This document shows, piece after piece, positions 39,293 to 50,397 of a DNA stretch of 60,764 nucleotides. This stretch comes from Chara braunii (Eukaryota > Plantae > Charophyceae). How positions within the stretch are numbered: position 1 is the stretch's first letter; each line of letters begins with the position of its first letter. The DNA lies in contig BFEA01000028.1 of NCBI GenBank assembly GCA_003427395.1, forward strand, positions 122,110-182,873, read 5' to 3'. The notes under the pieces are model-generated. The model saw nothing but the letters and a program-made list of their open reading frames with translations. It was not told where the DNA came from and ran no database searches. The translations under genes were made by a program, and so were the position numbers.

Positions 39293-41016
39293 GGCGATGG
39301 CGGGGGTGACGGAGTGGCAGAGTGGGAGCAAGAAGGAGAGGGAGATGGCTGAAAGTCAGAGCCGTCGTCGTTGGCTTCCTCAAAAAGAGAGACCGAGGGA
39401 GAAGGAGACGGAGCAGAGGGGAGGAGGCGAAGATAGGACACGTGGCGTGTGATCGGGCGAGCCGATTGGCTGCCAAAGACTTCAGGGGCGAGATGCACGG
39501 TGTCCACGCCGTTGGGGCCAAGCTCGATCACGTGATATCGTCTGAAACATCGTGGCGCTAGCTTACCCTGGCGAGCACATTTCCTCACCTGCACCACGTC
39601 CCCCAATTTGTACTGGGGCCGTGGACCCGCATTCCCATTTCGGGCCTCGTAGCTCCGGACCTGTCGGCCTTGGGCTAGTGCGGTCATTTTCTGTCGTTTT
39701 CGGGCTAGCCTGGGCAGTGACCGTTCCATTAGCTCTAGGTGTCGTTTGGCCTTGTCCCTAGCCGTGGCCCTGGTGGGCCGTCGGTTCAATGTAGACTCAT
39801 CTGGGAGGCTTGGTATCGAAACACAAGCGACGCTATTGGTCCTTGATTGGAAGGGGCTTAACCCCGTCGATTCGTGGGGCGTTCCGCGATGGACCGCCAG
39901 GATGTGATCGACGATATCGGGCCAGGGCCTCGGATCCCGTGCCGCGATGTTTCGTCGCAATGCTATCTTTATCACCCGGTTAGCGTTTTCGACCAGCCCA
40001 TTGGATTGTGACATGTGGGGTGTAGTGTTCCGTATGGCGACGCCATGTATGACCAAATTTCTTAACACTTCTCCCCTGAATTCAGCCCCGTTATCGGTCA
40101 GGATTTCTTCCGTATCCTGATGCATCGCGAGGAAACGGTTGACATGTCGCGCGATTTTCGTGGCCTGCCGTGTGCGACAAGGATACGCTTCGATCCATTT
40201 CGAGAAATGGTCGACAAATACCAATAGGAGTGAATATTCGCAACTATTAGGGCCAGGGGGCACCATTATGTCGGTAGTGTCCATACTTACTCTTTGAAAT
40301 GGCCGTTCAACAACCGTGGGCACTATCGATCTTGGTGGCTGAATCAGCACTTTATCAGCGGCGCAGACTTGACAGTTGGCGACAATGTATTTCACATCGT
40401 CGCGGATATTAGACCAATACCACTCATTTTTGTCGATAGCGGATTCCGTGATTCGTACGGCAAAATGGGCCGTAGTTTCTTCGTGGGCTGTCTTAACCCA
40501 GTCATACCGCAAGAACGGATGCGGTACCACCATCCAAATCCCATTGCCGTCCGTTTTCCATTTTTCCAATCTACCTTCTACCCACCGATAATCCCGAGCC
40601 CTTTCGTTAGCCCTCCTCCGATCTTCCTTGGTGAAATCCTGGAGGTGGTTACCTACTAGGGTGGCAATTAAGGCAATATCAGTCCATACTTCGGCCCTTC
40701 TAAATTTCCGGGTCCTTTCCAACCCTTCTGACGTGGCATCCAAAAAGCGAGCCTCAGTCGGAATCTTGTCGGTCCGGCACAAGGGACATAACCACGGTTT
40801 ACTATCGTTCCTGCATTGGATGCACGAGCCATGGGCTCGCGCGACACATTGTCGGCAATCTATCCAATCTGCATACCCTTCCCTGTTAGGACGCATGGAG
40901 ACCGAATATACGCGGGAGGTAGCTTCGCAAAAATAGCAAAATTTGTCAGGCAGGGACAGGAGAGACGAAGAGGAAGGGGGAGAGAGAGGGGTAGTGGGGT
41001 TACCTCCATCACCCAT
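39289..41016 (-). CDS. Retrotransposon integrase with N-terminal PHD-like finger, encoded as a separate ORF
   Basis: C-x2-C...WIDC-x2-C-x4-H-x2-C...W-x-C-x2-C; HHCC (H..H..CQVC); catalytic SMD, TDNG, NGLVE; uninterrupted ORF of about 575 aa. Confidence 0.88.
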   Translation of the reverse strand: MGDGGNPTTPLSPPSSSSLLSLPDKFCYFCEATSRVYSVSMRPNREGYADWIDCRQCVARAHGSCIQCRNDSKPWLCPLCRTDKIPTEARFLDATSEGLERTRKFRRAEVWTDIALIATLVGNHLQDFTKEDRRRANERARDYRWVEGRLEKWKTDGNGIWMVVPHPFLRYDWVKTAHEETTAHFAVRITESAIDKNEWYWSNIRDDVKYIVANCQVCAADKVLIQPPRSIVPTVVERPFQRVSMDTTDIMVPPGPNSCEYSLLLVFVDHFSKWIEAYPCRTRQATKIARHVNRFLAMHQDTEEILTDNGAEFRGEVLRNLVIHGVAIRNTTPHMSQSNGLVENANRVIKIALRRNIAARDPRPWPDIVDHILAVHRGTPHESTGLSPFQSRTNSVACVSIPSLPDESTLNRRPTRATARDKAKRHLELMERSLPRLARKRQKMTALAQGRQVRSYEARNGNAGPRPQYKLGDVVQVRKCARQGKLAPRCFRRYHVIELGPNGVDTVHLAPEVFGSQSARPITRHVSYLRLLPSAPSPSPSVSLFEEANDDGSDFQPSPSPSCSHSATPSPPPSP

Positions 41017-42630
41017 CGCCACCGTTTTGCTTCTTGTCACGTGGGAGAACTGCCACATGTCCGTACTTAGGTTCGTTGGTCAAGTCCGACTCTTTCCACG
41101 GTGTAATTTCCTCGCCTTTTGGTACCTTGGCAGGCCGATGCAGACGTGTCAGTCCGTCCGCGTTGCCGTGTCGCTCTGTCTTTCGATGGACGATATCGAA
41201 GTCGTACTCTTGCAATCGCACCGCCCAATGGCCAATCATGCCCGTGTAGTTGGTGAGCTTCTTCAAAGCTAGCAGAGGTTCGTGATCTGTCACGAGGCGA
41301 AACTTCTGTCCGTAGAGATACGGATGGAAGTGTTGGATTCCCCAAACTACCGCATAGAACTCGCCTTGAGGTGCGGAGTCGTTTCGACGTTCGTCTGGCA
41401 CTGTGCGTGATGCGTACTCGATGACGTATTCGCGACCATCGTTCCCCTTCCGCGCCAGAATAGCGGAAATAGCTTCCGGTTGCCAGTCCGTGATGAGAAT
41501 GAACGATTTCGAGGGGTCCGACCGAATCAAAATAGGGGCCGTCGCCAGAGCGTCCTTGAGGGTTGCAAAGGTCTGTTGGCACTCCGCGCCCCAGCTGAGA
41601 GGCTGGTCCTTCCGTAACAGATTCGTTAGTGGTCGTGCAATCGCGGCAAAACCCTTGATGAAGCGGTGATAGTATGACGCCAACCCCAAGAAGGCTCGAA
41701 CCTGCGTCCGTGACGTGGGAACCGGGGCTTCCTTCACCGCCGTAACTTTCCTCGAGTCTGGCCGCAATCCTCCACGTGTCACGACGTAACCCAAGAACGA
41801 AATTTTCGAGAATAAAAATTCGCTCTTCTCAAGCGCAATCTTGAACCCAGCGTCTCTCAACGCGCCAAATGTCCATTCGATGTGTTGCGCGTGCCCGTGA
41901 TAGGTTTCCGAGTAGACCAGGATATCGTCCATGTACACGATCACGCAGAAGTTAATCATCCCTTGTGTCAGCCGTGTCTTGTTGACGAAATTCTGGAACG
42001 TCATGTTCATCGCTCGCTGAAACGTGGCAGGCGCATTGCAAATCCCCATCGGACACCAAACCCACTGCCACGTGCCCTCAAATAACACAAAGGCCGTTTT
42101 CGGCCGATCTTCTTCCCTTACCAGAATATGATGGAAACCATGCCGAATATCAAACTTGCTAAAATAATTAGCACATCCAATCGCATCCAGCAAATCATCA
42201 ATCCGGGGGAGGGGATACACATCTTTGATCGTGATTTCATTCAGCTTGCGATAATCAATGCAAATGTGAATCGCCCCGTTTTTCTTCGGTACTAACACTA
42301 CGGGAAAGGACCAAGGTCCGGTNGCGGGTTCAATCCAGCCGCTGGCTTCGAACTCCCGAGTTCGTTCGAGAGCCTTTTTGCGTTCAATCAAGGAATACCC
42401 ATAAGGTTTGCAATGAATCGGGGAGTGATTTCCTGTCTAAATTTCATGTTGGATTACTAACGACGACCCAATGTCAGTGTCTGACACACTAATCGCTCCT
42501 TGATACTCCGTTAGAATATCCGCAATTAACCGGTGGGTTTCAGCCGGCACGTACTGTGGGACGTGCAGTTCGAAAAGTTGGTCCCATATCCGAACGTCAA
42601 TCTGTTTCATGCTCGCCTGTTTTGCCAAGT
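41009..42630 (-). pseudogene. Gypsy reverse transcriptase + RNase H
   Basis: CIDYRKLN, YPLPRIDDLL, VYMDDIL, FLGLASYY, TDW, TDH, NADGLTR; stop at 42437 upstream. Confidence 0.95.
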
Positions 42631-43269
42631 CAGGTGGAGGCGCCGAGATGAATGAATGGTCCGATCGCTAGGAGAACACCGTGGTCATCATCTGGGCATC
42701 TTCTTCCCGGATTGCCACGTGTCCTTCCGGGGTTATCCCGTCACAAACATCCCGCCATGGCACTTCCTTAGTTGCGATTTTTATCCCCAGTCCGTCTGTT
42801 TCTGCTTTGAAACGCCCAGGGGGTTCCAGAGAGCTTGCTTCCGCCCCCAAGAGTAGCAATCTCACTTCTTTAGCCGATGTTAGTAAGGACTTTGGGAGAT
42901 CCGTAATGTCACAGTAATGCTTCTTGTCGCTGTATCGAGCGAGGAGAGGGGCGATTCCTTCGTACAGAGTTTGAGGGCGTTCCAAAGAGTCGACCATCCT
43001 CGAAATTTGCACGAGGGGCTCACCCAAGATCATTGCCTTGGTCCTTTGAATTTTTCGACTGGTCAGTTGCATCGTTCTCGCTATCGTTTTAGGCGGCGGG
43101 TAGTAAACGCGTTGTCGTACCAATTTCAAGATCTCCGGATCATCTTCGTCACTGCTTTCCGCATCATCTGTTGATGACTTTCTCTCTGCGGATTCATCCC
43201 AGGAGATCATGCAGAGAGTCCCCGCCATCATCGACGAAACCCGCGGAACCGCGTTAATAGTAGTGCGAA

Positions 43270-44023
43270 GGGTCAATCACATGGGCAAAGCGTAAGGTTT
43301 TCCTCCTGTATTTCGGAGGACGATCGATCGTCGTTCGAAGTCCAGGTTTGCTCGTAACGCCACAAGAGCGGGAAGTCCGAAAAGAACGTTGTACGTATTG
43401 ACATCTAGTACTACGACATCCCCAAGCGCGTGCACTTTACCCAATCAGAAAGCGACAATGCTCATTCTTCCCACGGTTTTAATCCTTTCTTCGTCAGCCA
43501 AAACGAGCTGATCTTTCTCAGAAAGCATGATCAGGTCATTTTTCCTACCTGCCCTTTCGACCACTCTTAGTGAGATCGCCAGTACGGCTGCTCCCGAATC
43601 TATAATCACGCTGTACGGAATTCCCCAAATTTCAATATCGCACTCTGCGGACTTCCACGGAATTGGTTTAATCCGTAGGAAATGATTATCTTTCTGGATT
43701 AAACCTACCCGTATCGGATCCGAAGTGCCTGCGGGGTTTTCTTCAGGCGCGGGTTTTTTGGCTTTTGCATTTGGTGTTCGGGCGAGGGCGAATCGCTTTC
43801 GGTTTGCTTTGCAATGCTGTAGCATTCGCTCGTTGGCTTGTTCGGAGATCGAGAGTAGGTGACCGATCGGAAGAGGAATCCGATGGTCCAAGGCCCGGAT
43901 GATGTTCAATACATAGATCCCTCCTGTGACGAAGGTGGGTCCTCCCGACTCCATTTCTCCTAAGGACGGTCGCCATTCCACCACTTCTTTCGGTTCGGGT
44001 GAGGGTCTGATTGTTCCGATCAT
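43270..44023 (-). pseudogene. Gypsy aspartic protease region
   Basis: IIDSGAAV catalytic motif; downstream YNVLFGLP. Confidence 0.85.
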
Positions 44024-44261
44024 TCCAAGCCCAGGATATCCCAGCGATACGTACTGATCTAGCGGAATTAGCTCAGCGGCCTCTTCTGAGGTGGCCAGGG
44101 CACTTCCCCACCCTCTACTTCTTCCATCAAGACTCCGACTCGTTCGGGTCCGTTAGCGATGGGAGCCGCAGCCATAGGTGCGACCCCGATTCGCTGTTGT
44201 GGGGGTCGGTGGGGGCAATCACAGCCTAAATGTCCTGGCTGATGACAGGCATAACAGACAT

Positions 44262-45251
44262 TCAGGTTATTTGCGCTCCGATCGCAGGTGCCGGGGCTAA
44301 TCCTTGCTGCATCGGAGGGGCGCCTACCGCAATGGGCCGCATGTTCCTCATCATGGCTTCCACCCGAGCATTGTGCTCTCGCTGCTCCTTTTTGCTTTCC
44401 TGGATCAAACTAATCAAAGTTTTGGTTAGTTCGAAAATGGCTGCTGATTCGTTCGTACGTGTGGGAGCCTCAACTGGTGGGGGGGGTAACGCCCTTACGG
44501 GTGGGGGCATCGCAGGAGCGGACGTGCTCGGAACCTCACTTAGGATCACTCGTTTGGGGCCTATCTGTTCCATGTAGGTGACAGGTCCTGATACAAACCC
44601 CATGTTTTCAAACTTGTTCGGCAAGGCAGACAACTCAGCCCTTGCTCGTGCGAGTTCGGTCGAATCTCCTTCTCTAGGATAGTCTTCTCCTTCCACGAAG
44701 TTCGCCGCGAACTTTCGTTCCATTTCTTCCGTAGCAGCCATGATTTGTTGTAGCGTGTGAGTGATGGGGGACAATTGCTTTCGCAACTTAGCCCTTATTG
44801 TTCGGCTGCGAAGCCCGTCAATGAACAGGTCTCTCCCTACTTGTTCACCTCGCTCAGTTTTTACGAACATTCTGTAGAACCGGTTTCGATATTCTGCAAC
44901 GGATTCGAGAGGTTTTTGCACTCGGTCCTTGATCATATACAGTGCTTGCTCGGGGTGAACGTAGTCAAATCGGTTCATGAAATCCCGCTCAAAGGTCGGG
45001 AGGTCAACCCATACATAGGTACTAAACCAATGATGAGCGTCCCCCCCCAATCAGGCGGGAATGTTGATCTGCGCTTCATTGTCAGTGTACTGTTGGGCTC
45101 TAAGTGTGGCCAGCCATGCTCCTGCAACATGGTGTGCGGGATCGAACAAATAGAGATCAGGTGGCGTCATGGGAGCTTGTGCACGTGGGGCGGGTTGATT
45201 TGGTGGATTAGCGTTTTGTTGCGGAACCGGGTTCTGCACATTGGCAGCCAT
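44262..45251 (-). pseudogene. Gypsy Gag
   Basis: QKPLESVAEYRNRF...FIDGL retrotransposon-gag motif; in-frame TGA at 45051. Confidence 0.85.
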
Positions 45252-45393
45252 ATTGGCTGCTCGTTGGTTAGCCGATCTACTTCGGGTGACGATAGGGTCG
45301 CGTCTTTGCGCGTTCCGAGGGCGGGGTCGCCCACAGTTAGCCAGGTCACCTAATTAGCATGCTATCAATCCTAAGACCCTAGCCACGTGTCGG

Positions 45394-45405
45394 GCTCCGA
45401 TACCA
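45394..45405 (-). promoter_or_regulatory. Primer binding site complementary to tRNA-iMet
   Basis: TGGTATCGGAGC immediately inside the 5' LTR (canonical plant PBS is TGGTATCAGAGC). Confidence 0.85.
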
Positions 45406-47922
45406 ACCTCACGCCCAGCGCGACTTCCTGATCAGAGTAGGATGTGGGCCTGAAAGTGCGAAAAGGGGTGTGCCAAGGATTTTTGGGAAAGTGGGGGAGT
45501 CTTAAGGGTATGAATGCAATTAGGCGAATAAGGGGTGTGTGCGCAAGGGACTCAAGGTCCGATGGGGACGGGCCACTGTGGGCGACGGCTTACGGGGAAA
45601 TCCCTCCGCGGTGGAGGTGGTCCCGAAAAGTTAGGCCGTCGGGGGCCGCCACGTGGCGCAGGCCGCCGCATACTTGGATTGGGCCTTCGAAATTCCGAAG
45701 TTCTCTGTTCGCCGCTGCGTCGGCAATTCACGCAAAACGTGCTAGGCCAATAGGGGGCTATGGCCGGCCACGGAGCGACGCTGAGTTGATGATACGGGAG
45801 AAGAAGGCGGAAAGGAGGGAAACTGGTGGTGATCTCAACAAATCCCGGGTGGGTGAAATAGTAGGTGTGGNNNNNNNNNNNNNNNNNNNNNNNNNNNNNN
45901 NNNNNNNNNNNNNNNNNNNNNNNNNNNNNNNNNNNNNNNNNNNNNNNNNNNNNNNNNNNNNNNNNNNNNNNNNNNNNNNNNNNNNNNNNNNNNNNNNNNN
46001 NNNNNNNNNNNNNNNNNNNNNNNNNNNNNNNNNNNNNNNNNNNNNNNNNNNNNNNNNNNNNNNNNNNNNNNNNNNNNNNNNNNNNNNNNNNNNNNNNNNN
46101 NNNNNNNNNNNNNNNNNNNNNNNNNGTATCGCAGCCTTATGAGTTCGTTTATCCAAGGGGTGAAATAATCCGGGTCGTAGGATGAGTCTGAGCTCCAAGA
46201 TCGCGTCATGGTATCATCGTTGATGGGACAGCTCGGGTCGGGTTATCGTCACCGTGCACGGGCACGTGTAGGGCAGGCGAACTTAGTTGCGCCTCATCGT
46301 GCCTGTACGGGCTGACGGTTCCGCCGCGAATCTTTTTGGGTGGGCGAATCGACGCACGAGAATGCGTGTAAGGGCGCGACTCGGATCACGTTTACACGTG
46401 TTCTCGTGCGGCGTTCGCGGGGCCAGACTTCGGATCGTCTAATTGCTTCGTAAGTTTCGATTATGCAAGATGCAACCATATCTCAACCCCATCGTGAGAC
46501 AAGCAAAAACGAGAACAAAATCGCTATCGGGGCCTGATTCTTATCCCATCTATAGCGGCATCAGGTGCAAGCAAGGATTCGACATAAACAAAAAGCAAGG
46601 ACAGGGATTTTTTGCGAAAAGATAGACAAGCAGGCATAACCTTCATATATCCATACATTCGACAATCATACACGTAATGCAATCGCAAGGACAGGTGTGA
46701 GAAAAAACCCAAGTCCAGATTCCAAAAAGCCGAAACGAAAATAAGAACAGGCAAACCGCCCGGAGCCGCAATCAAAATGTATGTACACAGATGAAGAGGG
46801 GGAAGAGACAAAGAAACAGCAAATCCGCGTCCATCGACCTCAACTCTCTTCTCCTCTCTCTCTCTCTCTCCGATGCGGACAGTCCGTCGTCGCGCACCAA
46901 CCCACGAAGTTGTCACCCCGCTTAGTCCTCCCGCATCCGTCGGATTCGCCCGTGCCCACAGTCCGTCGTGGCCCACGTCAATCCTGCGCGTTCGGCACCA
47001 GCCCGTCGGGCCGCCCAACTCCTACTCTACTCACCTCTTACTTCGCTCGTGTGCCGACCCTTCCTGATCGCGCAATCCCGAGCTTCCGACAACGGGTTAA
47101 GAGAGCTGACTAATCGCGCAGCCGAAATTTATAGCGTGCATGCATGCGCGAAGAACACGGAATTACCAGGACTTAGAGTGGGGATTAGAGAGGGAGCGCC
47201 TGCGTTCTGCATGATCGGCCGCGGCGTGGGGGACGTAACCCTTCTCCACGCATCGATCCGAGCATGCAAGCCGCGGCTTACAAAAATTTCAGCAAAAGAA
47301 AGAGAGGGATGGCGGGAGAGACGGAGTGCAAGAAGAAAGATACAGTTACAATGGCACCCGCCCAAAATTATAGTTACACACACGATTAAGGGCGCCCACT
47401 AATCAGAGTACCGTTGGGGCCGCATGAAGAAGCGCGTAGACAAAAGGCACCGCACGGCAGGAAAAATTCTGATTACCGAATTCCTAAATTCCTATCTAAT
47501 GCGAAAAAGCAAAAAGTACAAATTCTAGAAGGAAAGTCTGAAATTCCGAGAGTCATCGGGGCTCGACAAAATTCGAAAAAGACTCAAAAGAAACTTCAAA
47601 AGAACGAAGCAATTTCCCGCGCGATGTCCGCGCCCAAAAGATCAAAACCGAAACGAAAGAAACGTCGTCAATATTTATTAATTGCGCGCGTGGTGGCGCG
47701 CCACACATCCATCCGACCAATCAATCAACCGTCTGTCCCAGGACACACCCAGCTCTGAACCAAGAGATCCGACAAGAAGCGACGAAAAAGGACAAAAAGC
47801 AAGGGTACTGATGCAATTTTCTACCGATCCCAATCTCCCGTAATTGGCCCAACCTTCCCAGCTTAGGACCCCTCATTGCAACCGCGCAGAAAATCGTGCG
47901 TTACAGAGAGTGGTTCGTCACA
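45406..47922 (-). repeat. 5' LTR (about 2.5 kb)
   Basis: Direct repeat of 34441-36923; gap 45871-46125. Confidence 0.95.
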
Positions 47923-48076
47923 CCGGGGCCATGCCCGACTTGCAGGAGTACCAGCCTAGGATCGTGACACTCTGCACTGTGAGACAGGTGATGGAGCCAT
48001 TGATTCCGTTTTGATGTCAGGGGCAGGAAAATTAGTCGGATTGTCCACTTGATGTAGCTCTGTGGTCAGACCACCC

Positions 48077-48228
48077 TTTTTTTTTTTCCTTTTTTTTCTT
48101 TTCAAACCAAGGCCGATTCAGACCTACTAGGCAAGGTGATAAGAGCAGCCTCACCTAGTAGATCCCTACGCAGCCACTGCATCTATCGGTGGGGAGTATC
48201 ACCTGCTGGAAAACGGGTCCAGCGTCCC
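48077..48228 (-). mobile_element. Retroelement 3' tail with pseudoknot module, CTGCTCTTATCA-loop hairpin and poly(A)
   Basis: Module 48176-48228; stem GATCTACTAGGTGAGG/CCTTGCCTAGTAGGTC; T-run 48077-48102. Confidence 0.8.
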
Positions 48229-48812
48229 TTATACAGAATAATTCAGGAAAATGTCAGCATTGATTGCTCTGGTTTCCAGAGGATTAACTGTGCTGAGAAT
48301 GATCTGCCAGCATTGATTGCTCTGGTTTCCAGAGGATTAACTGTGCAGGTTGTTGAGAAAAAGGGGAAAACCTCTTTGCCCTCTGTACCAAGCGCCAGAT
48401 ACCTACTGCTGAGGAACTAGTTCCTCCTTCTCCCAACTACCTTTTACCCAAGAATCTTTACCGCCTCATTTCTCTGTCTCTTAAACCTTAAACCCTTTCC
48501 CCCGAGTACATCAGTCCTCCTATCCCGGGATAGCCCCCATTCCTTCCCATCTTTCTCCCCCGTACCAATCTATTCCTACTTGGCTGTTTGCAAGGGGGGG
48601 AAGAAGTCCAGGAATTCATCACATGGTCGCATTGGGATTGAGCCATCTTGCTTGGTCCAGTCATGGAAGATGAGTCAGTACTTGTTGCCCTGCTTCCTCT
48701 CTTGTCCCCTTCCCTCCCCATTCCATTCCACCTTTCCTATCTTCCTGATTCCCCCCCAAGCCAGCTTTTGCTGAATTCTTGTATCCTTTGCTTTATCTCA
48801 CTGTCCTAGCTG

Positions 48813-49580
48813 CCCACCCTAACTTCTTTTGACTGACACTTTCTTTCAGCTAAGGGTGAGCCATCCTTATGAAATGTCTGCCCACCCTAACTTCTTTTCG
48901 CTGACACTTTCTTTCAGGTAAGGGTCAGCCATCCTTATGAAATGTCTGCCCACCCTAACTTCTTTTCGCTGACACTTTCTTTCAGGTAAGGGTGAGCCAT
49001 CCTTACGAAATGTGTGCCCACCCTTTTTTTTTCCTATAAAAAGTCTAGGGTGTTGTAGAGGCCAGTTACTGGGCACACATTGATCGCCGGAAGCGGTCAG
49101 CCATGGTCGCTCTGAGGAGTCGAGGCCACCACCCATCCCATCCTCACGTCAATACTCCTAACGCATCCCCCTATCCCTACTATCCTACCTCAGTGTGACC
49201 AGCACTCAGGAGCATCACCCTACGTATCGAGGGGAACTTGGATCGAACAGTAGTGACAGGCACCAGGGCTAGCTACCCTGCCCTGGTTGAAGCATAGTCA
49301 AACGAGCCTCGTCGTACGGGTACTTCGGACGCCAGGCTCAAGCAATCACCTATTGGCCCCTAAATTGACCAACTAGTAACTCACGCCCTAACTTCTTTTG
49401 GCTGACACTTTCTTCCAGGTAAGGGTGAGCCATCCTTATGAAATGTCTCCCCACCCTAACTTCTTTTGGCTGACACTTTCTTTCAGGTAAGGGTGAGCCA
49501 TCCTTATGAAATGTCTGCCCACCCTAACTTCTTTTGGCTGACACTTTCTTTCAGGTAAGGGTGAGCCATCCTTGTGAAAT
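48813..49580 (+). repeat. 68-bp minisatellite (3+3 units, interrupted by an insertion at about 49020-49385) heading a dispersed repeat that is also split by the Gypsy at 34215-34429 / 47927-48050
   Basis: CCCACCCTAACTTCTTTTGGCTGACACTTTCTTTCAGGTAAGGGTGAGCCATCCTTATGAAATGTCTG units. Confidence 0.9.
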
Positions 49581-50103
49581 GTTTTTGGGCATCTGAACCA
49601 ATAGGAGGGTGGCTTTCATTTTCCGGGAGTGCATTAGACCAGTGGGAGGGTGGCTTTTCATTTTACGGAAGTGCATGGAGCAATGGGAGGATGGATGGCT
49701 TCTCATTTTCTGGACGTGCGTGGAAATCCCCGGGGCCATGTCCCACTCGCAGGAATACCAGACTAGGATTATGACACTCCACACAGTGAGATTGGTGATG
49801 GAGCCATTGATTCCGTTTTGATCTCAGGGTCAGCAAAATTAGTCGGATTGTTGAGGGCATGAGGCTGTGCAGAGGTTGGGCATCGGGATACAGGGGTGAG
49901 GCAGGTAGTTTGGGGCTGCTGAAAGGCCTTTGGCAGCTGGTTTTTTCGTTCATAATGCTTCTTTGATCCGAGCCTTGGGGGACATAATTTTAGTGTTCCT
50001 GTAAAAAAAAAAAAAAAAAAAGGACTACACAGTTGTCTTTGTAATGGCCCCGATATCTCAAGGATTTTTCCATAAATTTCTCATTTTCAATATGATCTTG
50101 AAT

Positions 50104-50157
50104 GGGACGCTGGGCCCAGTTCCCAGCACGTGCTGCTCCCCATGAATAGATTGGAGC
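50104..50157 (+). repeat. Pseudoknot module copy (GCTGGG/CCCAGC, CGTG/CATG variant)
   Basis: Compensatory substitutions relative to the consensus. Confidence 0.75.
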
Positions 50158-50397
50158 ATGTCCCTAATAATAAGAAGAGAAAACTGGGGCGCGGTCAGGG
50201 TTAGAGTTTGAAAATATGTTTCAAACTTCCGTTTTGGAGTCCAGTCCCCTCTGAAGCTTACACTGCAGGCCAAACTCCTCCGTCGCGTGGCTGTCGCAGG
50301 GCAGAGTTTGTAACTGCAGTCTAGTCATCCACGTCGGAGGGGCAGGCCGTTTTCCAAAAAAAGAAAGAAGAAACAAGAAGAAAAAAGAAAAGATCGC

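Larger units (their letters stand above)
34430..47922 (-). mobile_element. Full-length Ty3/Gypsy LTR retrotransposon (about 13.5 kb), decayed
   Basis: TG...CA termini; 4-bp TSD CCGG (34426-34429 / 47923-47926), with the empty site AATCCCCGGGGCCATG visible in a paralogue at about 49725; order gag-PR-RT-RH-INT. Confidence 0.95.
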
